Assembly: GCA_905181955.1 (NCBI GenBank)
Contig: CAJJAC010000003.1
Coordinates: forward strand, 38,114-102,113
DNA: 64,000 bases
Source: SAR86 cluster bacterium SAR86B
GTDB lineage: Bacteria; Pseudomonadota; Gammaproteobacteria; Magnimaribacterales; D2472
Direction of reading: 5' to 3'
Made by a program: the position numbers and the translations under genes. Under the pieces are notes generated by a model that ran no database searches, was not told where the DNA came from, and was given only the letters and a program-made list of their open reading frames with translations. Below, piece after piece: positions 9,546 to 19,101 of this stretch (positions are counted from its first letter, which is position 1; each line of letters starts with the position of its first letter).

Positions 9546-10313
9546 ATGATTATAGTTCTTTCCCCTGCGAAAACATTAGATTACTCTGTTCCAACTTCTG
9601 AGAATCATACCGCGCCTCAGTTTTTAAGCCAATCCAGTAAACTTATTAAGACTCTAAAAGTAAAAGAGCCAAAGGATATAGCATCCTTAATGGGCCTGAG
9701 TGATAAGTTGGCGACTCTTAACTTTGATAGATATCAATCATGGACTGCTAGTAAAACTGAGTCTGCTGAATCCAAAGCATCTTTATTTGTTTTTAAAGGA
9801 GATGTATATCAAGGACTAAAAGCAGATGAGCTTTCAAAGAGGGATATTAAATTTGCACAAAAGCACTTAAGAATATTATCAGGCCTTTATGGAATTCTCA
9901 GACCATTAGATGTCATCAAGCCATACCGTCTGGAAATGGGAACTAAATTACAAACTGATTCAGCTTCAAACCTTTACGAGTTTTGGGGCAACAAGATTCA
10001 AGCAAATATTACCGCTGAACTTAAATCACAAAAATCTAATTTATTAGTTAATTTAGCCTCAAAAGAATATTTTTCTGTTCTAGGAAAAATGCCAGAGGAT
10101 ATCAATGTAGTTTCGCCAGTATTTAAAGATTATAAAAATGGCCAGTACAAGATTATTAGTTTTTACGCTAAAAAAGTAAGAGGGACTATGACTAATTGGC
10201 TAATTAGAAATAAGATTAAAGATGCAAAAGATATTAATAAATTTGCTGAAGAGGGTTATTATTTTTCTAAGGAGCTATCAACTCTAACTGAGCCTGTCTT
10301 TTTAAGGGACTAA
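9546..10313 (+). CDS. yaaA: Peroxide stress protein YaaA (UPF0246/DUF328)
   Basis: 255 aa. N-terminus MIIVLSPAKTLDY and LRILSGLYGILRPLD are characteristic of YaaA. Confidence 0.9.
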   Translation: MIIVLSPAKTLDYSVPTSENHTAPQFLSQSSKLIKTLKVKEPKDIASLMGLSDKLATLNFDRYQSWTASKTESAESKASLFVFKGDVYQGLKADELSKRDIKFAQKHLRILSGLYGILRPLDVIKPYRLEMGTKLQTDSASNLYEFWGNKIQANITAELKSQKSNLLVNLASKEYFSVLGKMPEDINVVSPVFKDYKNGQYKIISFYAKKVRGTMTNWLIRNKIKDAKDINKFAEEGYYFSKELSTLTEPVFLRD

Positions 10314-11159
10314 ACCATCCTTTTCCCAAAAGCTTTTTTGCTCTTCCAAATCATCATATTTGCCTGTTTCTTTATTCATATAAGACGTCATTGCAGCCTC
10401 CATATCTCTTCCACTTAAAAGGCTTGAATTCCATGCCGCATGATAATCTAAAGAATCTCGAACACTGTGATCTCTTGCATAATTAATCTGTTTCTTGATT
10501 ACTCTTGTGACTAACGGAGACTTACTTGCGATAGTTTTAGCAATTTTCTCCGCCTCAACCATAAGCTCTTCATAAGACTCAAATACATCATTTACTAATC
10601 CGAGCGTTTTAGCTTCAACAGCATCAAATTTTCTACCGGTATAGGCTAGCTCTCTAACTGCAGCAATAGGTATTAGGGTTGGTAATCTTTGAAGTGTTCC
10701 TACATCAGCAGCAATTCCTATATCAACTTCTGCTATTTTAAAGAAAGCATCAGCAGAGCAATATCTCATGTCACAAGCAGCAACCATATCAATACCACCA
10801 CCAACACAAGCACCTTGAATAGCAGCAATTGTTGGCATTCTACATTCCTCAAGTGCTGTAAAAGCATCTTGAAGCTCTAAAACTTCATGATAAAAAGTTT
10901 CTCTCATTCTGGCAGGATCCTTTTTCTTATCTGAACTTCCTGCTGAAAAGTTAGCAAGATCCATTCCAGAGCTAAAATGCTTTCCTTCACCAGTCAGTAA
11001 AATTACCCTTGCTTGGGCACCTTTATCTATTTCTTTAATAATTTCAGGTAATTCTTTCCAAAACAGTCGTGTCATTGAATTGAATTTATCTGGTCTGTTC
11101 ATTTTAAGATGAGCAATACCATCCTTAATATTTAGTTCAAAGCATGTAGCATTATCCAT
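10302..11159 (-). CDS. Enoyl-CoA hydratase/isomerase (crotonase) family, dienoyl-CoA isomerase-like
   Basis: Crotonase motifs LTGEGKHFSSGMDL and AAIQGACVGGGIDMVAACD are present. The track ORF starts at 11204, but I prefer ATG 11159 (MDNATCFELN...), which has GGAG upstream. The 15-aa extension MKCVRLLRSLWRLLK looks non-native. Confidence 0.85.
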   Translation of the reverse strand: MDNATCFELNIKDGIAHLKMNRPDKFNSMTRLFWKELPEIIKEIDKGAQARVILLTGEGKHFSSGMDLANFSAGSSDKKKDPARMRETFYHEVLELQDAFTALEECRMPTIAAIQGACVGGGIDMVAACDMRYCSADAFFKIAEVDIGIAADVGTLQRLPTLIPIAAVRELAYTGRKFDAVEAKTLGLVNDVFESYEELMVEAEKIAKTIASKSPLVTRVIKKQINYARDHSVRDSLDYHAAWNSSLLSGRDMEAAMTSYMNKETGKYDDLEEQKSFWEKDGLVP

Positions 11160-11362
11160 TTTCAGCAATCTCCAGAGACTTCTTAACAGCCTCACGCATT
11201 TCATCTACGAGTTCGAAAGTTTTATGATGAGGTAAAACAACCTTTCGATCCATGCTGAGCTTAACTAAGCCATTTTGGATTTTTTTTAAGTTTTCTATTA
11301 ATTCAATGTTCATTGATTTATTTAAGTTAAAATATACTAAACAATTATAATCTCAGTAGCAT

Positions 11363-12547
11363 ATGAAATCATTAAAACTCAATCATTTTTCTATTTTTAC
11401 TTTATCTATTTGCTCGGTTTTATTGCTAATAATAGCTTCCTGCTCCAATAGTGACCAAGACAACAATGAAGAAGAGCTAATAAAGATTGGTAATAAACAG
11501 TCAGAAGAAATTAATATTATTAATTTTGAATCTAATAAACCAAGAAATGTAATATTAATGATCGGAGATGGGATGGGCCCAAATCAAATCTCTCTTGCAA
11601 GAATTGCAATAGGTGGTCCAGATTACAGACTTGCAGTAGACATGATGCCGCATACAGGCATAGTACTTACCCATTCATTTGGAAATATATATACAGATTC
11701 TGCTTCCTCAGCAACAGCCTATTCAACTGGAACAAAAACTATAAATGGTTACCTGTCTCTTGATAGCAATAAAGAACCACTTTCTATTTTGACTGAAGAA
11801 TTATATGAAAATGGCTACATTAATGGTCTCGTTGCAACATCAGCCATTACTCATGCAACGCCAGCAGCCTTTTATGCTCATGTAGACGATAGAGATAAAG
11901 AGATTGAGATTGCTCAACAGCTTATTCAAGCCAGCTCTATAAGCATTGCTTTGGGTGGCGGTAAAGAATATTTTGAAAATATTGAAACCACAGAAGCTGT
12001 AGAAATTTTTTACTCTACGGATGAAGTTCGAAATTCTAATAATCAGAGTAACGCAAGAATAATAGGTCTCTTTGATGAAGATGGAATTATGCGAGCAGAA
12101 AATAAGCCAACTCAAAAAGAAATGACAACAATGGCACTAACGCATTTATCTAATAAAGCAGCTTCATGTAATGGCTTCTTTTTAATGTCAGAGGGAAGTC
12201 AAATTGATTGGGGCGGGCATCTAAATAATTCTTCATATGTGTTGGCTGAATTCATGGATTTTGAATCCACACTCACTGACATGATGCAGTTTGTGAATGA
12301 GGATAAGAATACACTTCTTATAGTGACGGCTGACCATGAAACAGGCGGCCTTCAATTATTAGGTCAGCAAGATGATAGCCTTATAATTAAATTCACAACA
12401 AATCAACATTCAGCACTTCCGGTGAATGTCTATGCTTATGGCCCAGGAGCAGATTCCTTTTCGGGTCTAATGGATAATACTGAAATTTTTCAAAAGATAG
12501 TAGAAGCTCTAGACTATAAAAATATTCAGAAATCTAATTGCAAATAG
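11363..12547 (+). CDS. phoA: Alkaline phosphatase, PhoA family (lipoprotein-like)
   Basis: 394 aa. N-terminus LLIIASCSN. Motifs are IGDGMG, the active-site region TDSASSATAYSTG, and the C-terminal metal site TADHETGG. Confidence 0.85.
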   Translation: MKSLKLNHFSIFTLSICSVLLLIIASCSNSDQDNNEEELIKIGNKQSEEINIINFESNKPRNVILMIGDGMGPNQISLARIAIGGPDYRLAVDMMPHTGIVLTHSFGNIYTDSASSATAYSTGTKTINGYLSLDSNKEPLSILTEELYENGYINGLVATSAITHATPAAFYAHVDDRDKEIEIAQQLIQASSISIALGGGKEYFENIETTEAVEIFYSTDEVRNSNNQSNARIIGLFDEDGIMRAENKPTQKEMTTMALTHLSNKAASCNGFFLMSEGSQIDWGGHLNNSSYVLAEFMDFESTLTDMMQFVNEDKNTLLIVTADHETGGLQLLGQQDDSLIIKFTTNQHSALPVNVYAYGPGADSFSGLMDNTEIFQKIVEALDYKNIQKSNCK

Positions 12548-12618
12548 TTTCTAAAATTGTTTTCGAGAAATATATCAATATTAAGTGTATTATTTATACT
12601 TAATATTTAAATAACTAG

Positions 12619-13608
12619 ATGAAAATAAATCAGAAATTTCTTAAAAGTATACTTGAGCCTTTAAAACAAACCTCTGCATCAGCCTCAAAGGCAATAATGG
12701 AAGTTTATAACTCTGAGTCTTACGATACAGAAATTAAAGCAGACGGATCTCCTGTAACGGAAGCAGATAATAGAGCAAACGATATTATTATCAGATCACT
12801 TAAAGAAATTACCCCAGACATTCCTATCATTTCTGAAGAAACTTTTCATTCCGAAGATCAAAATCCTAAAGGCCCATATTGGCTAGTTGACCCGCTTGAT
12901 GGGACTAAAGGGTTTATTAATAAAGATGGAAATTTTACAGTTAATATTGCATTGATTGATAATGCTATGCCTATATTTGGCATTATTGAAGCCCCAGCAA
13001 CTGGAAAAATTTGGTCAGGATCATTTTTTCAAAGACCTGTTAGACGCTTTAGATTTGGTGCTCTTTTTTTCTTTATAGGCCCTTTAGCTTTATTTGTATC
13101 AAATATCTTTGGTCCAATTAGCTTCTTAATATTTTTGATACTATTTTTATTTACCCCCTGGTTTATTCAGCATAAGAGTTACGGACCTCATTCAGTTACA
13201 AAAGAAATGATTGATGGAAAGCTTTTATATAAAGATGGCCCATTAAGATTGGTCATGAGCAAGAATCATCAAACTGAGATTGATAGAAAATTTTTAGATT
13301 TCCTTACCAGTAAAGATATTGCATATACTCTTGTAGAAAAAGGCAGCTCTCTTAAATTATGCGCCCTTGCTGACAATGAGGCTGATATATACCCAAGATT
13401 TGGGCCTACATCTGAGTGGGATATAGCTGCTGGACATGCAATTCTTATAAAAAATGGGGGAAGAGTCTGTCAAATGACTTCGGGTGAGCATCTTGCTTAT
13501 ACAAAAGAAGAATCTATCCTAAATCCTGCCTTCGTAGGCTTCAGAAATACCTACCTAAAAGATAGATATTTAGGACTTATAAGCGAATTTTATAAAAAAT
13601 TGGTATAA
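12619..13608 (+). CDS. cysQ: 3'(2'),5'-bisphosphate nucleotidase CysQ (IMPase family) with an internal hydrophobic insertion
   Basis: 329 aa. IMPase/CysQ motifs SEE, WLVDPLDGTKGF, GSSLKLC and WDIAAGHAI are present. About 60 extra residues (aa ~135-195) include two hydrophobic stretches. Confidence 0.75.
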   Translation: MKINQKFLKSILEPLKQTSASASKAIMEVYNSESYDTEIKADGSPVTEADNRANDIIIRSLKEITPDIPIISEETFHSEDQNPKGPYWLVDPLDGTKGFINKDGNFTVNIALIDNAMPIFGIIEAPATGKIWSGSFFQRPVRRFRFGALFFFIGPLALFVSNIFGPISFLIFLILFLFTPWFIQHKSYGPHSVTKEMIDGKLLYKDGPLRLVMSKNHQTEIDRKFLDFLTSKDIAYTLVEKGSSLKLCALADNEADIYPRFGPTSEWDIAAGHAILIKNGGRVCQMTSGEHLAYTKEESILNPAFVGFRNTYLKDRYLGLISEFYKKLV

Positions 13609-13661
13609 TTACTATAAATATATTAATAATTAATATATTTAATTATAAAAATTTTATATAA

Positions 13662-14522
13662 ATGGCAACAGAGTTACAACCAATTCAGCTAACCACGCCA
13701 GGCAAGGACATTGAGTCTTACCTAGCATGTGTGCATTCGATACCTATTCTGACAAAAGAACAGGAGCAAGAGCTTGCCTTAAAATTATATGAAGCTGATG
13801 ATTTAGATGCTGCTAGACAGCTTGTTATTCACCACCTTCGTTTTGTTGTTCACATTGCTCGCTCTTACCAAGGCTATGGATTGCCACTAGCAGACATTAT
13901 TCAAGAAGGTAATGTTGGACTTATGAAAGCTGTTGATAAGTTTGATCCTCACAGGGGTGTAAAAGTAGTTTCTTTTGCAGTTCATTGGATCAAAGCAGAA
14001 ATACACGAGTACATTTTAAAGAACTGGAGACTGGTTAAAATAGCTACAACCAAAGCTCAACGTAAATTGTTCTTTAATTTAAGAAGCAAGAAAAAAAGTC
14101 TTGAATGGCTTACAAAAGAAGAAGCAGAAAAAATTGCAAAAGATCTTAATGTTGAGATTAAAGATGTTTTACATATGGAGAACCGACTATCGTCAAATGA
14201 CACATCTTTTGATGCACCAAGTGGCGCGGATTCTGAGGATGAAATGATGTCACCTTCTCAATATTTAGAGGATAAAAGATCTGATCCAGCAACTCTTGCT
14301 GAAAATAGCCAAATACAAGAACTTAATCTATCTGGATTAAGTAAAGCAATCAAAATACTTGATGATAGAAGTAAGGATATTATTCAAAGAAGATTCTTGT
14401 CTGAAGACAAGGTCACACTTCATGACCTTGCAGCTGAATACAGCATTTCTGCAGAACGAGTTAGGCAGATTGAAAATGGAGCATTAAAGAAATTAAAGGC
14501 ATTTATGTCTGACGCTGCTTAA
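13662..14522 (+). CDS. rpoH: RNA polymerase sigma-32 factor RpoH
   Basis: 286 aa. Region 2 is IQEGNVGLMKAVDKFDP, the RpoH box is QRKLFFNLR, and region 4 is ERVRQIE. Confidence 0.95.
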   Translation: MATELQPIQLTTPGKDIESYLACVHSIPILTKEQEQELALKLYEADDLDAARQLVIHHLRFVVHIARSYQGYGLPLADIIQEGNVGLMKAVDKFDPHRGVKVVSFAVHWIKAEIHEYILKNWRLVKIATTKAQRKLFFNLRSKKKSLEWLTKEEAEKIAKDLNVEIKDVLHMENRLSSNDTSFDAPSGADSEDEMMSPSQYLEDKRSDPATLAENSQIQELNLSGLSKAIKILDDRSKDIIQRRFLSEDKVTLHDLAAEYSISAERVRQIENGALKKLKAFMSDAA

Positions 14523-14546
14523 TTAAATCAGCTTCACTAAAATTTA

Positions 14547-15197
14547 ATGCGTTACAAATTCTTACCTTCCTTTGTTAAAAGAAGAGGAAGAATCACTCAA
14601 AGCCAAGAAGACAATCTAAAACTACTTCCTAATTTCTTAATTGAAAGTTATGAAGACATTTGTAGAGAAAAAACTAATTTTTCGAAGCTTATTCTTGAAA
14701 TAGGTTTCGGAAATGGTGAAAACATAATTTCACTTGCTCAAGATAATCCAGATACTTTATTTATAGGCTCAGAAGTATATTTAGCTGGAATAGGTTACTT
14801 GATAGGTGAAATACAAGATCTAGGTCTTGTAAATATCAGAATCAATACTGGTGACATAAGGTTATTAATAGAGCAAGTTGAAGAACCAGTCTTTGATGAT
14901 GTATTAATTATCTGCCCAGATCCTTGGCCAAAAGCGCGGCATCACAAAAGAAGACTCATAAAAGCAGATTTCTTAGAATTAGTTCATCCAATTATTAAAG
15001 ACAAAGGTGAATTATTTATTTCAACTGATTGGGAAAATTATGCTGAATCAATCGAAGAAGCTATAACATCTTCTTCAGGCTATGGGCTGCTTACTAAATC
15101 CTCTTATCAAGATTCTAGCCTTACAAAATTCCAAAAGAGAGCAGTTGAGGAGGGTAGAGATATTTACGTCTTCCCACTTAAGAAATTAATTAAATAA
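14547..15197 (+). CDS. trmB: tRNA (guanine-N7)-methyltransferase TrmB
   Basis: 216 aa. Motifs are EIGFGNGE (SAM binding) and CPDPWPKARHHKRRL. Confidence 0.9.
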   Translation: MRYKFLPSFVKRRGRITQSQEDNLKLLPNFLIESYEDICREKTNFSKLILEIGFGNGENIISLAQDNPDTLFIGSEVYLAGIGYLIGEIQDLGLVNIRINTGDIRLLIEQVEEPVFDDVLIICPDPWPKARHHKRRLIKADFLELVHPIIKDKGELFISTDWENYAESIEEAITSSSGYGLLTKSSYQDSSLTKFQKRAVEEGRDIYVFPLKKLIK

Positions 15198-16319
15198 ATT
15201 TATAGTATCGTTCAAAAATTTATACCCAATTTGAGTAGCTCTAAAACCATCAGCTTCTAGTAGCTCATCTTCAATACCCTTCAATCTTTTTTGTAAAAAA
15301 GAATCAGGGATATATATATTACTTTTCTCTATTTCTTCAAAAGAAACGCCACCTTTAATACGCAAAAGGTTCATTGCTAAATCTAAGTCATAGGAATCTG
15401 AATCAATAAATGTATCCAGTGTCTTTGCAGGATTTTTAATATAAGAATTTAAGGTTTTTAACTTAATCATTCTTTTAATGCTATTTTTTGTAGTGATCTT
15501 GCTATGAGCACCTGGACCTAATCCTAAGTAATCCCCATACATCCAATAATTCATATTATGCCTACTCTTTTTTGCATCTTTAGACCACGAAGAAACCTCA
15601 TATTGATAAATGCCATTGGTATTTAATATTTCTTTTGCCTCATCTTCCATAGATTCAATTAATACATCGCTAGGCAGATGTAATTCTTTTTTATAAAAGA
15701 TCGTATTTGGCTCAATAGTTAGTTGGTACATAGACAAATGGTCAATTTCATAACTACAAAATACCTCGATATCTTTCTGTAAAGATTCTAGGCTTTGCCC
15801 CATAACTCCATAAATTAGATCTATAGTTGTATCAATAGTCTCCACTCCAGATGCAATTTCAATTGCCTTAATAGAGTCATTTTTATTGTGATTTCTTTCA
15901 AGACTCGACAAGGTATTAGCATCAAAACTCTGGATACCAATAGAAACTCTATTTATTCCTATGCTTACTAAATTGTTTATATAGTCTTCTTTAACCTCTT
16001 TAGGATTGAGCTCAAAACTTACTTCGCAACCTTCCTCAAGGAGTTTCTTCTCATTGAGCCTATTGATAATTTTCTCTATTATTTTTACTGATATTAAAGA
16101 AGGGGTACCGCCACCAAAATACAGAGACTTAAATTTTCTATTGCCAATATATTCATGAGAATCATCTAAATCTTTTAATATTGCTAATAGTAATAACTCT
16201 TCATCACCATCTTTTTTATCAGTCTCAATATTAAAATCACAATAGGGACACCTCTTTTCACACCAGGGAAAATGGATGTATAAAGAAATAGGAACGTTAC
16301 TTGGTTCTAAGGCTTTCAA
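15186..16319 (-). CDS. hemW: Radical SAM heme chaperone HemW (coproporphyrinogen III oxidase-like)
   Basis: 377 aa. Motif is SLYIHFPWCEKRCPYCDFN. The start appears to be TTG, overlapping the rdgB 3' end. This is the conserved rdgB-hemW pairing. Confidence 0.85.
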   Translation of the reverse strand: MKALEPSNVPISLYIHFPWCEKRCPYCDFNIETDKKDGDEELLLLAILKDLDDSHEYIGNRKFKSLYFGGGTPSLISVKIIEKIINRLNEKKLLEEGCEVSFELNPKEVKEDYINNLVSIGINRVSIGIQSFDANTLSSLERNHNKNDSIKAIEIASGVETIDTTIDLIYGVMGQSLESLQKDIEVFCSYEIDHLSMYQLTIEPNTIFYKKELHLPSDVLIESMEDEAKEILNTNGIYQYEVSSWSKDAKKSRHNMNYWMYGDYLGLGPGAHSKITTKNSIKRMIKLKTLNSYIKNPAKTLDTFIDSDSYDLDLAMNLLRIKGGVSFEEIEKSNIYIPDSFLQKRLKGIEDELLEADGFRATQIGYKFLNDTINLFN

Positions 16320-16902
16320 GTTTTTCTAAAAACAGCTCTGCAGCAATAGCTCTATGACTAATTTTATTCTTTTCATCAGGGTCCATGTTTGCCATAGATA
16401 TATCATATCCAGCTGGGTAGAAGAGCTTATCGTATCCAAAACCTCCGTCACCTGAACTCTCTATAGAAATTTCACCATGAATCTCACCACTTGCGAAGAT
16501 TGGCATAGGGTCCTCTACTGAGTGAACGCCAACTAGAATACAAACATAGTATGCCGGCAGCGATCGTAAATTAAGTTTATTGAGCTCTTCTATTATTTTG
16601 TTTCTATTATCTAAATCACTAGCATCTTCACCCGCATATCTAGCAGAATGAATTCCTGGTTTAAAATTAAGACCAGGTACTACAATTCCTGAATCATCTG
16701 CAATAGTAAACATCCCAGACTCAGAAGCACCATGCCTAGCTTTTATAAGTGCATTTTCTAAAAAAGTTAGACCATCCTCAATAGGCTCTTCTATATTTAG
16801 CTCGCTTTGAGATTTAATTTCAAAGTTATTAAAAATTTTTCTAAATTCTTTTAACTTTCCTTTATTAGATGTTGCTAAAAGTACTTGGTTATTTTCTAGC
16901 AA
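16297..16902 (-). CDS. rdgB: dITP/XTP pyrophosphatase RdgB (Ham1 family)
   Basis: Motifs LATSNKGKLKEF and FGYDKLF are present. The track start (16950) is a TTG deep inside metW. I prefer TTG at 16902, which has GAAGGGG upstream and gives MLENNQVLLATSN. The exact start is uncertain. Confidence 0.85.
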   Translation of the reverse strand: MLENNQVLLATSNKGKLKEFRKIFNNFEIKSQSELNIEEPIEDGLTFLENALIKARHGASESGMFTIADDSGIVVPGLNFKPGIHSARYAGEDASDLDNRNKIIEELNKLNLRSLPAYYVCILVGVHSVEDPMPIFASGEIHGEISIESSGDGGFGYDKLFYPAGYDISMANMDPDEKNKISHRAIAAELFLEKLESLRTK

Positions 16903-17482
16903 GTAAATACACCCCTTCAGATGAAAGAAGATTGGGTGCAATTGCAGCAATCTTGCTTTGCTTTCTTTCTTTATTTAAGTGAATACTATCTTCAATAATA
17001 AAACCCTCAGCATCACAGAGGTCTTCAAAATCTTTTATGGTACATAAATGTATGTTTTCTGTTCCATACCAACTAGATGGCAGACTAGGGGTGACAGGCA
17101 TTCTTCCCAGCATAAGCGCAAGTCTGCATCTCCAATATCCTAAATTAGGAATAGTAACAATACATTTATTTGATAGATTAAGAATCTTACCAAGCGCAAT
17201 ATTGGGTTCTTTAAGGCACTGAATAGAACTAGCCATAATTGCAACATCAAAATTGCAATCAGAGAACTCATCGATTCCATCATCTATATTCTTTTCTATT
17301 ACAGAAATATTTTTATCTAAACACAAAGCAATTCCGATTGGATCAATCTCAATCCCATAACCCACGGTTTGTTTTTGATCTCTAAGCTCTTTGAGCAAAG
17401 AGCCATCACCACAACCAAAATCAATAATATTACTAGATGGCTGAATCCAATTCTTTACAATGTCTGTTATAGGATTATTCAT
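16889..17482 (-). CDS. metW: Methionine biosynthesis protein MetW
   Basis: 197 aa. Methyltransferase-like motif IIDFGCGDGSLL. Directly downstream of metX with no intervening nucleotide (metX ends at 17483). Confidence 0.9.
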   Translation of the reverse strand: MNNPITDIVKNWIQPSSNIIDFGCGDGSLLKELRDQKQTVGYGIEIDPIGIALCLDKNISVIEKNIDDGIDEFSDCNFDVAIMASSIQCLKEPNIALGKILNLSNKCIVTIPNLGYWRCRLALMLGRMPVTPSLPSSWYGTENIHLCTIKDFEDLCDAEGFIIEDSIHLNKERKQSKIAAIAPNLLSSEGVYLLARK

Positions 17483-18577
17483 CTAGCTACCTAAAAAGGC
17501 CTCAAGATTTTTTTTGTATCTTTCATTAGTAAATAAAAAACTGTCATGTCCTTGTTGTCCATCTAATTCCAGATATGAAGAATTTATACCAGACTGCATA
17601 GCAGCTATCTGCATCTCTTTGCCTCTTTCAGGGGGGAATAACCAGTCAGACTTAAAGCCAATAATAAGAAGCTTCGCAGTGACATTTTTAAGAGCTTCCT
17701 GTAACTCATTATTAAAGTCCTTAGCTGGATCAAAACCATCCATGGCTCTTGTCATCAGAATATATGTATTCGCATCGAAAGCTTCGGAAAATTTATTCCC
17801 TTTATATTGAAGATAATTTTCAACTTCATAATCAACTAATTCATCTACTCTGGATTCAATATCTTGAATCTTTCTTCCAAATCTTTTATTCATATTGTCT
17901 TCAGAAAGGTATGTTATGTGAGCCAGCATTCTTGCTGTCTTAAGACCGTCTTTTGGGAAAGTATCATTCTTTAAATAATCTCCACCATAAAAATTTGTAT
18001 CATGTCTTATAGATTCTCGACCTACCTCATTTAATGCTATATTTTGCGAGCTAGCTTTTGCAGCTGCAGCTATAACAGCAGCCCTTTTAACTTTTCCAGG
18101 AAAAGTTATTGTCCATTGAAGAGCTTGCATACCCCCAAGACTCCCTCCAAGGACACATGCCCAAGAGCTAATGCCTAACTTACTAAGGAGCATCTCTTGT
18201 GAATTTACCCAATCAAGAACAGTAATATTGGGAAAGTTTTTCCCATAGACTTCATTATTTTCAGGACAAATGCTTATTGGCCCAGTTGAACCAAAGCAGC
18301 CGCCTAAATTATTAGGTGAAACGACAAAAAATTTATTTGTGTCTATTGCTTTATCTGGACCTATTAACTCATCCCACCAACCTGATTTTGCATCATTATC
18401 TAATTTGCCTGCTGCATGATGGCTTCCTGAAAATGCATGACACACAAGTATTGCATTTGATTTATCAGAATTTAATTCACCGTATGTATCGACCATAAGA
18501 TCAAAGGTCGAAAGGACTTCACCAGACTCAAGCTTAATTCCTGAATTAAAGTTATGTAACTCCCTATGAGATTTCAT
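17483..18577 (-). CDS. metX: Homoserine O-acyltransferase MetX (acetyl- or succinyl-transferring)
   Basis: 364 aa. Alpha/beta hydrolase nucleophile elbow GGSLGGMQA. metW is adjacent. Confidence 0.9.
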   Translation of the reverse strand: MKSHRELHNFNSGIKLESGEVLSTFDLMVDTYGELNSDKSNAILVCHAFSGSHHAAGKLDNDAKSGWWDELIGPDKAIDTNKFFVVSPNNLGGCFGSTGPISICPENNEVYGKNFPNITVLDWVNSQEMLLSKLGISSWACVLGGSLGGMQALQWTITFPGKVKRAAVIAAAAKASSQNIALNEVGRESIRHDTNFYGGDYLKNDTFPKDGLKTARMLAHITYLSEDNMNKRFGRKIQDIESRVDELVDYEVENYLQYKGNKFSEAFDANTYILMTRAMDGFDPAKDFNNELQEALKNVTAKLLIIGFKSDWLFPPERGKEMQIAAMQSGINSSYLELDGQQGHDSFLFTNERYKKNLEAFLGS

Positions 18578-19101
18578 ATTAATAATCTAACAATTTGAGC
18601 CAAAAGAAGGTCCACCTGATTAAGCGCTATTAAAACGAGTAAAGGTGAAAAATCTAGACCACCCATATCAGGCAAGTAATTTCTTATAGGTGATAATATT
18701 TTATTAGATATTTCATCAATAAGCTGAGGCAATGGATGAGGGTTTCCTGGTGAAACCCAGCTTAATATAACTCCACCAATGACAGCAAATAGAAGCATCT
18801 GACTAATACTACTTAATACATTAAATGCTGAATAAATTATGACATCAAAAATCTCATAAGTTGATCCAGTAATAATATAAAAACTTATAAATTTAAATAA
18901 AAGGGCCGCAAAAAATATTCCAAAGATTCCGCCAGCAATGCTAGTAAAGATCATACTGAGTGGATTCAAAAGATTAACAAAACTTTTTACAACAGGATTA
19001 AAGTAATTGACCTTTAAAACCCTGAATACTAATAAAATAACAAAGGCGTAACTTAATGAGCCTATTAACAATGCAATAATATTTATAAGGTTAGTATTCA
19101 T
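18574..19101 (-). CDS. yggT: YggT family membrane protein
   Basis: 175 aa, 4-5 TM segments, in the conserved yggS-proC-yggT context. Confidence 0.8.
   Translation of the reverse strand: MNTNLINIIALLIGSLSYAFVILLVFRVLKVNYFNPVVKSFVNLLNPLSMIFTSIAGGIFGIFFAALLFKFISFYIITGSTYEIFDVIIYSAFNVLSSISQMLLFAVIGGVILSWVSPGNPHPLPQLIDEISNKILSPIRNYLPDMGGLDFSPLLVLIALNQVDLLLAQIVRLLI

Noticed and set aside
11205-11362. Pho box upstream of the alkaline phosphatase gene
   Set aside because: No CTGTCAT-type direct repeats are visible in the 50 nt upstream of the phoA start.
12577-12607. 10-bp inverted repeat AATATTAAGT-(11 nt)-ACTTAATATT between phoA and cysQ, and GAGCTA-(7 nt)-TAGCTC after the MetF-like gene (5991-6009), considered as terminators
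   Set aside because: The stems are almost entirely A/T (first) or short (second), and neither is followed by a T-run. They are too weak to call as intrinsic terminators.
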